From Candidatus Hopanoidivorans cymbastelae (lineage in GTDB: Bacteria; Actinomycetota; Acidimicrobiia; Acidimicrobiales; Hopanoidiivorantaceae), in assembly GCA_028283145.1 (NCBI GenBank), contig JAPYNY010000053.1, forward strand, positions 6,175 to 70,174: DNA of 64,000 nucleotides. Direction: 5' to 3'. This document shows positions 44,033 to 54,345 of the stretch, one piece after another (position 1 is the first letter of the stretch; each line of letters begins with the position of its first letter). Made by a program: the position numbers and the translations under genes. The notes beneath the pieces are model-generated. The model had not been told where the DNA came from, searched no databases, and saw only the letters and a program-made list of their open reading frames with translations.

Positions 44033-44301
44033 TTTGAGTGTCTCCATTTTGTATAAATTATTAAGATGAATATGACTGTATTGGATATTAGTATATTATT
44101 TCTCTCTTGTCCAAGCATTCAAGCGAATAAATTTAAAAGGTATTTGCGAAAGTACATTAGACTGCTGCTTTAGACTGCAATGTCAACTGGCTTTATTTCA
44201 AGCTGAACGTGGCTTCAGCAACAAAAAGCTAAGCAAAAGACAAGCTTCTTGGCCGATCAGAAAAAGCCCTTTGAAGGAGTTTTTAGATAAACTGCTTAGC
44301 A

Positions 44302-44811
44302 ATGGGGATTTTTTCTAGAAAAGACGATTACCACAACCCATTTGTGCGCAACGAGAAAGTTGTGGCGGCCTATGACCTGCCTGGTGTGCCCGAGCGCACT
44401 CCGGGAGTGGTCAAGATGGTGAACGGGTTTGAGTGGCGACGCTACATGGTGTTCTTCGAGAACGGAATTCAGTTGGGCTCGCTGGACGGCTCAGCCTTGG
44501 TGCGCCCCAAGCACTGGCGCAGATGGTGCGAAGACAAAGACAGGATAGCTGCAAAAATTGCAGCCCGACTGGAAGCCGAAGCAACTGAACAAGAAAACCT
44601 GCTGGCCAGCCTCAACTCAGAGGAAGACGGTGCGGCAGTTGCGAGTGCTGGCGAAGCAATAGCCGAAGAATCCCTAGTCGGAGCTTCAGACAGCGGGACT
44701 GCCCCAATTGAAGACGCAGCAAGCAGTGCTGAAACAACCCGCCTGCTGGAGATGTTGCCTGAGCATTTGCGCGAACGCAGTCGGCTTGCCAGAGAACGAC
44801 TGAGCGGCTAG
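44302..44811 (+). CDS. Hypothetical protein
   Basis: 169-aa ORF with a globular N-terminal half and an acidic/Ala-rich C-terminal half. No motif recognised. Confidence 0.5.
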   Translation: MGIFSRKDDYHNPFVRNEKVVAAYDLPGVPERTPGVVKMVNGFEWRRYMVFFENGIQLGSLDGSALVRPKHWRRWCEDKDRIAAKIAARLEAEATEQENLLASLNSEEDGAAVASAGEAIAEESLVGASDSGTAPIEDAASSAETTRLLEMLPEHLRERSRLARERLSG

Positions 44812-44889
44812 GAAAAATCTAGCGCAAGACCCGCGCCCCACACGCAGTGCCCGCGCCCATCCACCCCCACAATACCCAAGGAGTAGAAC

Positions 44890-45375
44890 ATGTCTGAACT
44901 CGCAGTGTTTGATATGAAGGAGAGCCAGCCAATCGCAGCCTATCTGTGCTGCCAGAATGCCAAGGCAGCCATTGATTTCTACGTGGATGCCTTCGGTGCC
45001 GACAGGACAGAAACCATTTTGGAGCTGCCAGACGGCAAAATAATGCATGCCGAGCTAAACCTACTGGGCAAGCGACTCATGCTTTCAGATGAGTTTCCCG
45101 AAATGGACGTTCTCAGCCCTGAGAGCCTGGGAAATTCGCCCGTGGCTTTGATTTTGGAAGTTGATAACGCCGATGATTTCATGTCTAGGGCGCTGAAACA
45201 CGGAGCCACCGAGCTAGTGCCTGTAACCGACCAGTTCTATGGCAAGCGCTCTGGGTCAATCAAAGATCCATTCGGGCACAGGTGGGGAATCTCTATGCAC
45301 ATGGAAGACTTGACAACCGAGGAGCTTTTTGCCAGAGCGCATAAATTCGCTTCCGAACAAGCCGAACAGGGCTGA
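44890..45375 (+). CDS. VOC (glyoxalase/bleomycin-resistance) family protein, PhnB-like
   Basis: 'AIDFYVDAFGA......IMHAEL......LMLSDEFPE' and 'FYGKRSGSIKDPFGHRWGI'. Confidence 0.8.
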   Translation: MSELAVFDMKESQPIAAYLCCQNAKAAIDFYVDAFGADRTETILELPDGKIMHAELNLLGKRLMLSDEFPEMDVLSPESLGNSPVALILEVDNADDFMSRALKHGATELVPVTDQFYGKRSGSIKDPFGHRWGISMHMEDLTTEELFARAHKFASEQAEQG

Positions 45376-45422
45376 ATGGCTGGGGGATCTGGTCTGGACC
45401 CTGGGGGCTCATTTGGCGATGA

Positions 45423-45914
45423 GTTCTGCCGAAATCCCCAACCACGATACCATGCTTGATCGGCTTTGAGCTCAATGACGGTGGCAGACAAGAAGCTGGC
45501 TACTTCACACGCAACGACGCCAAGGATTGCGCAGCCAGAGCGTTGGTGATCGTGACACTTCCAGCAGGTGTCAATCGTGCGACCCACTACAAGGCCAGTT
45601 GCTGGGCTTTATCAGCCAAATCAAAAAGTGTCTAAGACAGAACTACCGCCCGCTGCGGAGTAGCCGACAAGATTTGGCAGCCAATCTATTGAGAATTTGG
45701 GCTTGAAGAAGTCAAGCTGCCAGCCGGTCCAAGACTGACATACAGACAAGCCTTCCATCAGTTCAGAGACTGCGTAGTATCTACCACACGCCACCTGACA
45801 GCTATCAAAGACAGCAGCCTGCAAGACACCTTCAACAACCGGACTTACTTTCGGGAGCCTGACTTGGAAGTCAAAGAACGCAAAGCAATGAGCATCTGGA
45901 CACCCGCTACCTGA
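45423..45914 (+). pseudogene. Decayed gene: a single frame with two in-frame stops (TAA 45633, TGA 45690) and no usable start; resembles small Cys...His proteins seen in phage/plasmid contexts
   Basis: Hand translation gives ...GYFTRNDAKDCAARALVIVTLPAGVNRATHYKASCWALSAKSKSV*DRTTARCGVADKIWQPIY*EFGLEEVKLPAGPRLTYRQAFHQFRDCVVSTTRHLTAIKDSSLQDTFN... Confidence 0.4.
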
Positions 45915-46007
45915 AACACAACAGGGCTGCTAACTGACAGCTACACGCAAGCTCGCGACTTGCCAGCCCACGACATCAACCGCCACATCAACTAGGACAA
46001 ACAATCT

Positions 46008-46088
46008 ATGAAAACAACAACCACCACCATCATCACAGCCCTAGCTTTGTTGCTAGCCGCAACTGGTTGCAACACAAGCCCAAAATAA
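46008..46088 (+). pseudogene. Lipoprotein signal peptide followed almost immediately by a stop; probable remnant of a lipoprotein gene
   Basis: MKTTTTTIITALALLLAATGCNTSPK*. The downstream frames are broken. Confidence 0.3.
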
Positions 46089-46524
46089 CACGGTTGACAC
46101 CACGATTACATCGGCGGCTGAATCGGCGGCTAGGAAAGCATTATGCCGACAAACTGCACGCACTTTCAACGAAGACAACCCCAGTTTTTTATTGTGCATC
46201 TTTACCGATTGATGAGAGTCAAGAAACTTTCTTCACTTTCAGACCAGAGGGTTGCCTGCAAGTGCTCAAGGAAAATGCTGGAAACTAGTTGGCAGCTACA
46301 TCAACCAGCGCAACAGCTATGGCACTTCACAACATACTGCCAGCAGCACAAAACGGCGTTCAAACGCCACCACAAGCCAAGACAAGGCTAAGGCTTATCC
46401 TTTGCAACTACGGCTAGCAAGCGGCTGCTCGATCGCAACCGCCCAGAAATCTCCTCCCCTAAAATGTCAGACCCCCTGTCTAAGCTAGCGCATACAGCAG
46501 TTTTAGACCAAAGGAAACCACTTC

Positions 46525-47877
46525 ATGGCCACATTATTAATTGCCATTCTTGTAGCAGTCATCACCGCGCTAGTCGTCTGGCTGGTGGCTAGGGTCGTTA
46601 TCAAGGCCCGCTTGGAATCTGCCCAGCAGCACAATTTGGCCAGCCAAGAGCAGAGTATGGCTGAACTGAAGGCAGCCCTTGACGACCAAATCGAAAAAAG
46701 CCTGCAACAATCCCAAGATTTCGTGACCGCCAATCTGAAGGGGTCGCAGGAGTTGATGACAGAAAAATTTGAAAATCTGGCTAGCAAAATTCTTGACGAC
46801 AAGACGAAGAGCTTTAAGGAAGCAAGCTCAGAAGGCATAAATCAACTGCTTGATCCCGTCAAAAAGCAGGTGAAAGACTTTCGTGAAAAAATGGAGAGCA
46901 TCCACACCGAAGACACCAAACAGCAAACCGAATTGAAAACAGTGATAGACATGCTGCAAAAGCAGAATACAAGGCTTTCCGAAGACGCTGACAACCTCTC
47001 AAAAGCTCTCAAGGGAGAACGCCAAGCACAGGGAAGCTGGGGAGAGATGCAGCTTGAGTTGGCTTTGCAAACTTCTGGGCTGGAAAGGGGCCGTGAGTAT
47101 GAACTTCAGCCTTCATTCAAAGGGGTAGGCGGCAACACACTACGTCCCGATGCCGTGGTGCGGCTGCCTGACAGCAAGCACATTGTGATTGATGCCAAAG
47201 TATCGCTGAGTGCCTATGCACGCTTTGTGGATGCTGACGATGACGAGGCAAAAGAAGGTGAGTTGAAGTCTCACTGCGAAGCTCTGGAAAGTCGTGTGGA
47301 TGAGCTTTCAGAAAGGGGGTATGAGAAGATACCAGATCTAGGGTCGCCTGAGGTGGTATTCATGTTCACCCCCATTGAATCCGCCTTGCAGGTGGCGCTC
47401 AGCAGGAATCCCCATTTTATGAGCGAGTCGCTGGCCAAACGAATTTATGTGGTTACACCTTCCACCCTGATACCTGCTTTGGCTATCGTAGCTCAGCTTT
47501 GGCAGCTAGCCGACCAAGAAAAAAACACCCAAGAGATAGTCAAGCAAGCTGAAGGTCTCTACGACAAGGCAGTTTTGCTGGTTGAATCCATGCGAAATAT
47601 CGGCAAAAACCTGGACAACACCAAAAATTCATACGAGGAAGCCATAGGCCGGCTGGTTGAGGGACGTGGCAATCTCGTCAAACGGGCCTCAGACATAAAA
47701 GGGCTGGGCGTTTCTTCCACCAAATCTTTTCCACCGGAGATCGTTGCAAGGGCAGAGGCAGAACTTGAAATTGATGAGCCTATAGGAGAACTTGAAAAAG
47801 CAGCCCTATCGCCAAGCAGCGTGACAGAAGAAAGCGCAACAGACCGCAACAGAACAAATAATAGCCTTTACGACTGA
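46525..47877 (+). CDS. rmuC: DNA recombination protein RmuC
   Basis: N-terminal TM, a coiled coil, then 'QGSWGEMQLE...RPDAVVRLPDSKHIVIDAKVSLSAY'. Confidence 0.9.
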   Translation: MATLLIAILVAVITALVVWLVARVVIKARLESAQQHNLASQEQSMAELKAALDDQIEKSLQQSQDFVTANLKGSQELMTEKFENLASKILDDKTKSFKEASSEGINQLLDPVKKQVKDFREKMESIHTEDTKQQTELKTVIDMLQKQNTRLSEDADNLSKALKGERQAQGSWGEMQLELALQTSGLERGREYELQPSFKGVGGNTLRPDAVVRLPDSKHIVIDAKVSLSAYARFVDADDDEAKEGELKSHCEALESRVDELSERGYEKIPDLGSPEVVFMFTPIESALQVALSRNPHFMSESLAKRIYVVTPSTLIPALAIVAQLWQLADQEKNTQEIVKQAEGLYDKAVLLVESMRNIGKNLDNTKNSYEEAIGRLVEGRGNLVKRASDIKGLGVSSTKSFPPEIVARAEAELEIDEPIGELEKAALSPSSVTEESATDRNRTNNSLYD

Positions 47878-47969
47878 AATCAATAACAACCCTCAACTAT
47901 AATCGCTAACATAACCCAGCCATCTGGAGTTAAATTCAAACCCGATACCTCAACATTTAGGAGAAACCC

Positions 47970-48740
47970 ATGACCACTTCAATCCGCTATAGTGCCCGCG
48001 CTGACGATTTGAGTCAGCAGGAACCAGCCAGAACTGAAACTGCCCAAGCCTGGTCAACGTCTGTCACGGCAGTCTATGAAACCGACCCCGATATTATCGC
48101 AGCTGTTTTGCCTCAGCCGCTTGAGGCCACGGAGCCCATCGTGCGGGCATCCATCAGCGCCGTCAAAATGGGAGACTTGGAATTCGGCGCCGCTTGGTTT
48201 GGCGTGCATGCCCGACACGAAGGCACAGACGGCGAATACGCCCTGCTTATGCCCATGAGCAGCGAGCGGGCTGTAATAGGCGGTCGGGAAATGTACGGCG
48301 AACCCAAGAAAATGGCTGACGTTTCCGTCAACCGAGACGGCGACAACATCTCAGGCACAGTTGCCAGGGCTGGTGTTACCATCTGGGAGATAAACGGCAA
48401 GGTTACAGGCCCTTTGGAAGCTGGACCAGAAAAGAAGCTCGACTTCTACTTCCAATTCCTGCTGTCACCTGATGGCAAGGGCTTTACCGACGAGCCTGCC
48501 TTGGTCTATTGCCATAAGGAAGCTGTCTTGCGCTCCAAGGAAGCAGTAGAAGGCGAGCTTATCCTAAGGGAATCCCCCTTGGATCCGGTGGCCGACCTGC
48601 CGATCAGACGCTTAGTGCGCATCACAGCTAGTGAGCGACAGACTTCCCAACGAGGAGAAGTTGTCAGCCGTGTGCCCAGCGAATGGGTCATCCCCTTCGC
48701 TCACCAGCGCTACGACAATTTCACCCGAAGCCTTCGCTAG
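47970..48740 (+). CDS. Acetoacetate-decarboxylase-family protein
   Basis: 256 aa. 'LLMPMSSERAVIGGREMYGEPKK' and the overall pattern are ADC-like. Confidence 0.65.
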   Translation: MTTSIRYSARADDLSQQEPARTETAQAWSTSVTAVYETDPDIIAAVLPQPLEATEPIVRASISAVKMGDLEFGAAWFGVHARHEGTDGEYALLMPMSSERAVIGGREMYGEPKKMADVSVNRDGDNISGTVARAGVTIWEINGKVTGPLEAGPEKKLDFYFQFLLSPDGKGFTDEPALVYCHKEAVLRSKEAVEGELILRESPLDPVADLPIRRLVRITASERQTSQRGEVVSRVPSEWVIPFAHQRYDNFTRSLR

Positions 48741-48809
48741 TTCAGGCACGTTTCTACTGCCATTGGCCATAGCCCATCCCTACCTAGCTCAATACGAGAC
48801 TGACTGCAA

Positions 48810-49730
48810 ATGAAAGATCTAGCCGGCAAAGTAGCAGTTATAACCGGTGGAGCATCTGGGATTGGCTATGCCATGGCGGAAAGCTTTCTGAGGGAACAGA
48901 TGTCGGTAATGATTGCCGACGTTGAAAAACCTGCCTTAGAAGAAGCCGTTGCCCGCTTGTCCGAAACTCACACTGGTGCCATCGCGCCCGCTGTCGCGGG
49001 AGTCAATTGCGATGTCAGAATTTGGGAAGACGTTGAAAATCTCCGTGATGAAACCTTAGCGCACTTCGGGGCTGTTCACATTGTGTGCAATAATGCCGGA
49101 GTCGGCTCAGGCTCACAAGGATGGATGTGGGAGTACGACCTCAACGACTGGACATGGGCCATGGGCGTGAACGTAATGGGAGTCGTTCACGGCATCAGTG
49201 CCTTTGTACCTCAGATTTTGAGCCAAGGGGAGGGTGGCCACTTGGTCAATACATCCTCAGGGAACGGTGGCATATCTCCTCTGCCCGGCACTCCCATCTA
49301 TGCTGCCAGCAAAGGGGCTGTAACGCTCATCACCGAATGCCTCCAAGCTCAACTCATGGAAGCCAGCGATTCGGTCAGGGCTTCCGTACTGTATCCCGGC
49401 CCCAACTGGCTGAACACCAAAATATGGTCTTCACACCGCAACCGCCCTGAAGAACTCGCCCAAAAAGTCCCGCGAACTCAATGGAATACCTTTGAAGACC
49501 TGCGCCAAAAATTTCAAGACGCCGGGCTGGCCTTTGAGACGACCCCACTGGAAAAAGTAGCTGAAATGGTCATTGACGGAATCAGAAACCAGAAATTCTG
49601 GTTGCTGCCTGAGAGCGATAGAACCAACAACAGCATCGCAGCCAGAAGCCAGTCCATGCTGGAACGCTCCAACCCTGACTATTTCGGCGACTGGCAGCCA
49701 CCCAAGACTGCTTCCGAAACTACTGCTTAA
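48810..49730 (+). CDS. SDR-family oxidoreductase
   Basis: 'VITGGASGIGYA', 'NNAG' and 'YAASK'. Confidence 0.9.
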   Translation: MKDLAGKVAVITGGASGIGYAMAESFLREQMSVMIADVEKPALEEAVARLSETHTGAIAPAVAGVNCDVRIWEDVENLRDETLAHFGAVHIVCNNAGVGSGSQGWMWEYDLNDWTWAMGVNVMGVVHGISAFVPQILSQGEGGHLVNTSSGNGGISPLPGTPIYAASKGAVTLITECLQAQLMEASDSVRASVLYPGPNWLNTKIWSSHRNRPEELAQKVPRTQWNTFEDLRQKFQDAGLAFETTPLEKVAEMVIDGIRNQKFWLLPESDRTNNSIAARSQSMLERSNPDYFGDWQPPKTASETTA

Positions 49731-49798
49731 GCCCCCGCCTGAGCATCCGACAGAACAAATCACCAAAACAATAATCCACCAAGACAACAGTTACAAAA

Positions 49799-51088
49799 AT
49801 GGAGAACCCAATGTCTGAACTGAAGCACTATGCCATCATTTCAGCAGACTGCCATGCCGGTCTGCCCACCGAGCAATATCGCCCCTATCTTGATTCGCGC
49901 TATCACCAAGCCTTGGATGATTTTCTAGCTGAACGGCAGGCCATGCTGGCTGAGCGTGCAGCCGCCGGGCAGCGCCACGAGGAATACGAAGAGGAGTGGA
50001 ACACCCAAGAAGGCTTTGCCGGCGGTTGGGATGCTCACACCCGCGACAAGGAACTGGACAATGACGGAGTCGTGGGAGAAATTATGTTTCCCGACTCCGA
50101 TTCCATCTCGGGCACAACCAGTCCGCCTTTCGGGGCTGGTATAGGCGCCACAGGAGACCTTGAAGCCGATCTGGCCTTTGCCGGAGCCCAAGCCCACAAT
50201 CGCTGGCTGGCCGAACTCTGCTCCGAAAGCCCACTCAGACGGGCAGGAGCAGCTTTGGTTCCAATTGTCTTTGATGTTGACAAAGCTGTTCAAATGATTG
50301 AAGAAGCCAAAGCAACCGGGCTGAGAGGGGGAATCATCATCCCCGCCATGTGGAACGACTATGAGCCGTATCATCACCCCAAGTACGACCCGGTTTGGGA
50401 TGCCTGTGCCAGCTTGGATATGCCAGTTCATGTCCATTCAGGCCCAGCTCCCAGAGAAGATTACCTGGACAATATGGGAATCTATGTGAGCGAAGTCATT
50501 TGGTGGGCTTATCGTCCGTTGCGCTTTATGCTGTGGGGGGGGGTGTTTGAACGCCATCCAAACCTGAAGTTCGTAGTAACTGAAAGTGGCGCTTTCTGGG
50601 CGCCCGACATGCTGTGGAAGATGTCCGATCAATATGAATCAATCGGTGGCGCTGCCAAGATTGCCAAACAGCTCGGAGCGGCCATCCCCCGCAATCCGGT
50701 GGAATACTTCGACCGCAACTGCTTTCTAGGCGCTTCCACCATGAAGCGAGTTGAAGTCGGACGTCGTTATGCCATTGGAGTTGACAACCTCATGTGGGGC
50801 AATGACTTCCCGCACCCCGAAGGCACTTGGCCCCATACCGCCGAATATCTCCAAAACACGTTTCACGACGTCCCTGTGGATGAAACAGCCAAAATTTTGG
50901 GGGAAGTGGCAGCCGAGGTCTATAACTTTGATCTTGAAGCACTGACACCTGTAACTGAGCGCATCGGGCCAACTCCCCAAGATTTAGGGCAAGACGCTGA
51001 ACAGAATATCACCAAGTGGGCCAGAGCCAAAGCAGCAGGTCGATTCTGGGATACCGGAGCCGACCCGGCTGAGGCAGCTGCAATTTAA
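49799..51088 (+). CDS. Amidohydrolase-2 (ACMSD-like metal-dependent hydrolase/decarboxylase) family protein
   Basis: 'ISADCHAG', 'VHVHSG' and 'MWGNDFPHPEGTW'. It is a paralogue of the next gene. Confidence 0.8.
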   Translation: MENPMSELKHYAIISADCHAGLPTEQYRPYLDSRYHQALDDFLAERQAMLAERAAAGQRHEEYEEEWNTQEGFAGGWDAHTRDKELDNDGVVGEIMFPDSDSISGTTSPPFGAGIGATGDLEADLAFAGAQAHNRWLAELCSESPLRRAGAALVPIVFDVDKAVQMIEEAKATGLRGGIIIPAMWNDYEPYHHPKYDPVWDACASLDMPVHVHSGPAPREDYLDNMGIYVSEVIWWAYRPLRFMLWGGVFERHPNLKFVVTESGAFWAPDMLWKMSDQYESIGGAAKIAKQLGAAIPRNPVEYFDRNCFLGASTMKRVEVGRRYAIGVDNLMWGNDFPHPEGTWPHTAEYLQNTFHDVPVDETAKILGEVAAEVYNFDLEALTPVTERIGPTPQDLGQDAEQNITKWARAKAAGRFWDTGADPAEAAAI

Positions 51089-51105
51089 AAAGAAAGGCAA
51101 TACCA

Positions 51106-52302
51106 ATGGACAGATACTTAGTCATTTCATCTGACTCCCACGCGAGCGGACTCCCCGATGACTACAAACCCTTCATCGACCCGAAATTCAGAGCAGCCTA
51201 TGACGAATGGGTAGCCGATGAAGAGCTGCAGCAACGTCGTCGGGCGGAGCACACCGGGCAGACCATTTACGGAGAGGATGCCCTGGAAGACTTTGGACAA
51301 GTAGAGGAAGTAGCCACTGGCGGCTTGGATGGAGCTCATGACTCTGAGCGGCGCTTGAAGGAAAATGATGCTGACGGGGTGGTAGCTGAAGTGATTTTTC
51401 CCGGAGGTGGCGGTGATACAATAATGCCGTTCAATGCCGGATTGATGACCTACCAATACAAAGCAAGCCCGGAGACTTGGCTGGCAGGCTGTCGCGCCTA
51501 CAATCGCTGGCTGGCAGACTTTTGCACCCAAGCGCCGGGCAGACGCGCCGGTGTGGGATTGCTGACAGTAGATGACATCGACATAACCGTCCAAGAAGTT
51601 AAAGCCATAGCTGAGATGGGCTTGTTCGGCGGCGTTTTGATACCGTCGGGCGTCGGCGACAACGTGCTGTATGACCTGCCCCACTACAACCATCCCAGAT
51701 ATGAACCGCTCTGGGAAATTTGCGAAGAACTGCAAATGCCGGTCCACACCCATTCAGGCTGGACTCCCAACTTCGGCAATTATCCAGGATCGCTGGGCAT
51801 CTTTTTGTATGAAGTCCCTCTACGGGCACATCGTCCTCTGTGGATGCTGCTCTGGTCGGGGGTCTTTGAGCGCCATCCTGGGCTGAAATTTGTAATGACA
51901 GAACAGGGATCCACTTGGATTCCGCCAGCCCTAGCCAAAATGGACTACCACTACAACCTGCCCATGTTCAGCCATCTGAGGCGCACCCTGCCACTCCAGC
52001 CCAGCGACTACTTCAAACGGCAGTGCTATGTGGGGGCTTCATTCTTGCGCCCATCAGACAGCGACCTGCGCTATGAAATTGGGGTTGACAAGTTGATGTG
52101 GGGCTCAGACTATCCACACATGGAAGGCACTTGGCCTTACACCGAGCAATCGCTCAGGGAATCCTTGGGCCATGTTTCCGAGGATGAAGTAACCATGATT
52201 GTGGGAGCCACTGCCGCGCATGTTTACAAATTTGACGTCGAGGCGCTCACACCCATCGCCAACCAGATTGGCCCCACGATCACTGCGCTGGCCGCAGCCT
52301 GA
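51106..52302 (+). CDS. Amidohydrolase-2 family protein (tandem paralogue)
   Basis: 'ISSDSHAS', 'VHTHSG' and 'MWGSDYPHMEGTW'. Confidence 0.8.
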   Translation: MDRYLVISSDSHASGLPDDYKPFIDPKFRAAYDEWVADEELQQRRRAEHTGQTIYGEDALEDFGQVEEVATGGLDGAHDSERRLKENDADGVVAEVIFPGGGGDTIMPFNAGLMTYQYKASPETWLAGCRAYNRWLADFCTQAPGRRAGVGLLTVDDIDITVQEVKAIAEMGLFGGVLIPSGVGDNVLYDLPHYNHPRYEPLWEICEELQMPVHTHSGWTPNFGNYPGSLGIFLYEVPLRAHRPLWMLLWSGVFERHPGLKFVMTEQGSTWIPPALAKMDYHYNLPMFSHLRRTLPLQPSDYFKRQCYVGASFLRPSDSDLRYEIGVDKLMWGSDYPHMEGTWPYTEQSLRESLGHVSEDEVTMIVGATAAHVYKFDVEALTPIANQIGPTITALAAA

Positions 52303-52422
52303 AGGTTGCTGATCGCCTAAAGTCCCGGCGACCCGCTCCAAGACCCGCCTACCACCCCATAACCCTGCCGACCAGCTCCAAAGCCAGTCGCCCACCCCAA
52401 TCACCAGCCACAGAGGAATAGC

Positions 52423-54216
52423 ATGCCAAAACCGAACTTCAAATCCAAGCTACTTTGGCGCTACAGCGTTGGGCTGTTTTTGGCTCTTGCGCTGGTTGCC
52501 GCAGCTTGTGGCGGTGGAGACGATTCCTCTTCTCCCGCAGACACCACTGGAGGCAGCCAAGCCACCTCTGGCACCGATGCCAGCACCCCTGGTGGCTCAT
52601 CCAATGGGGAATCTTCCAACGGCACCTCTGCTACCGACGCATCATCGCCCAACCCCGACAATCAAACTCCGCCAGACCAGCCCGAAACGCCAGTTGAGAC
52701 TCCAAAATCCAATCCGGTTTACGGCGGCACCTTGACGATGGGTCTTGAAGCTGAAACCGGGCAAGGCTGGAATCCCGCTACCACCCAGTGCGCACCCTCC
52801 TGCCACGTAATTATGCGAACGGTTTTTGACAGCTTGTTTTATGAAGATGCCGACGGCAACTTTCAACCCTACATCTTGGAGTCTGCTACCTCAAATGACG
52901 ACTTCACCGAGTGGACCTTTACGCTCCGCCCCAATATCTCCTTCCATGACGGCACCCCGGCTAACTCAGCAGCTCTGAAGCGTCATATAACTGAAATAAC
53001 CAAGGGTTTCCTCACAGGGCAGGTGCTCACAGTCATTGCAGACCCCGACAACGACATGGAGATCATTGACGACCTCAGCCTGCTGATACGCCTGAGCACC
53101 CCGGTGGCTTCTTTCCCGCCACTCTTCAGCGGACAACTCGGTTACTTTGCCGCGCCTTCCCAATACGACAGCGATGACAGTGCCCAAAGACCCATCGGCA
53201 CAGGGCCTTTCAAGTGTGAAGAATCTTGTTGGAAGGTTGACGAAGAATTTGTGGCTACCCGCAACCCCTCCTACTGGAAACAAGACAGCGAGGGGCGCCA
53301 ACTGCCCTATCTTGACAGAATTATCTTCAGGCCCATCCCCGACTCCGACACTCGCCAAGCTGCCCTCAGCAGCGGCGACATCAACGTCATCCATGACAAC
53401 AGCCCCCTTGATGCCCCCGACTATGCCGAAGAATTCAATGTGCTGGTAGAAGAGCAGCGTTTCCGCCAAACCGGTTACGTCCTGATCAACCACGACAGGT
53501 CTCCTTTTGACGACGTGCGCGCCCGGCGAGCCTTGGCGCTGTGCACCGATCAAGAGCTATACCATTTACTCAGGGGTGGTGGCAACACGCTAGTGGCCAA
53601 TGGCCCGTTCAGCCCCAATACGCCAGGCTGGCTGGCCGACACTGGCTATCCCAGCTTCGACCCTGATGCTGGCAGTGCCTTATGGGAGGAGGTCGGCTAT
53701 TCGGAGCAAATCAGCATTTCCACTTCCAACGATCCCTTCAACCGCACCAGCACGGAATTGCTGGCTGAGATGTGGAACGACTGCGGAATTGACATCGGCA
53801 TTACCCAAGTCGACCAAGGCCAGCTCATCACCAACGCTGTAGGGGGCAATTTCCAGCTGGTGCTATGGCGCAACCACACCGGCATCAGCCTTGAAATTGA
53901 ACGCATCTGGTGGCACAGCGACAATGCCAGGGCAGGCTTTTCGGTCAACGCGGCCCGCATCCGCAACCCTGTGATCGACCAAGCTTTCGAGGATGTGCGC
54001 CAAACCACCGACCCAGACGAACTACGGCAAATTGCTGAAAGAGTGAACCTCGAATTCGCTCAGCAAGTGCATAATATCTGGCTGTTCTGGTCGCTCTGGC
54101 AAATCATTTACGACGATTCTGTCCAAAACATGGGGGTGCTGCACATTCCAGACCACGGGCCAGCCCTGCCCGCCTATGAGGGGAGAATTAACCTGACTGA
54201 AGTCTGGCGAGAGTAG
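52423..54216 (+). CDS. ABC transporter substrate-binding lipoprotein, family 5 (peptide/nickel type)
   Basis: Lipobox 'LVAAAC', a Ser/Thr/Gly/Pro linker, then 'YGGTLTMGLEAE...' and an SBP_bac_5-like body. Confidence 0.85.
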   Translation: MPKPNFKSKLLWRYSVGLFLALALVAAACGGGDDSSSPADTTGGSQATSGTDASTPGGSSNGESSNGTSATDASSPNPDNQTPPDQPETPVETPKSNPVYGGTLTMGLEAETGQGWNPATTQCAPSCHVIMRTVFDSLFYEDADGNFQPYILESATSNDDFTEWTFTLRPNISFHDGTPANSAALKRHITEITKGFLTGQVLTVIADPDNDMEIIDDLSLLIRLSTPVASFPPLFSGQLGYFAAPSQYDSDDSAQRPIGTGPFKCEESCWKVDEEFVATRNPSYWKQDSEGRQLPYLDRIIFRPIPDSDTRQAALSSGDINVIHDNSPLDAPDYAEEFNVLVEEQRFRQTGYVLINHDRSPFDDVRARRALALCTDQELYHLLRGGGNTLVANGPFSPNTPGWLADTGYPSFDPDAGSALWEEVGYSEQISISTSNDPFNRTSTELLAEMWNDCGIDIGITQVDQGQLITNAVGGNFQLVLWRNHTGISLEIERIWWHSDNARAGFSVNAARIRNPVIDQAFEDVRQTTDPDELRQIAERVNLEFAQQVHNIWLFWSLWQIIYDDSVQNMGVLHIPDHGPALPAYEGRINLTEVWRE

Positions 54217-54345
54217 CAAAAAGCCGACGAGAATTTAGCTTTTCAAGGTCACGCCCCATCAGAATGTGGCCACTATGGCCTTGGATTTGTCAAGGTCGCT
54301 GAAGAGTTTAAACCAGTCCAGAGTCGTGAGCAACCTGCCAGGCAA

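Noticed and set aside
43646-44056. 136-aa plus-strand ORF; likewise 31397-32036, 32576-33000 and 28385-28585
   Set aside because: They are antisense to the four family paralogues. The minus-strand frames are the ones conserved between copies.
46067-46488. Three overlapping 73-82-aa ORFs
   Set aside because: I recognise no motifs and there are no SDs. The frames mutually overlap inside the decayed region, so I treated them as remnants or noise rather than genes.
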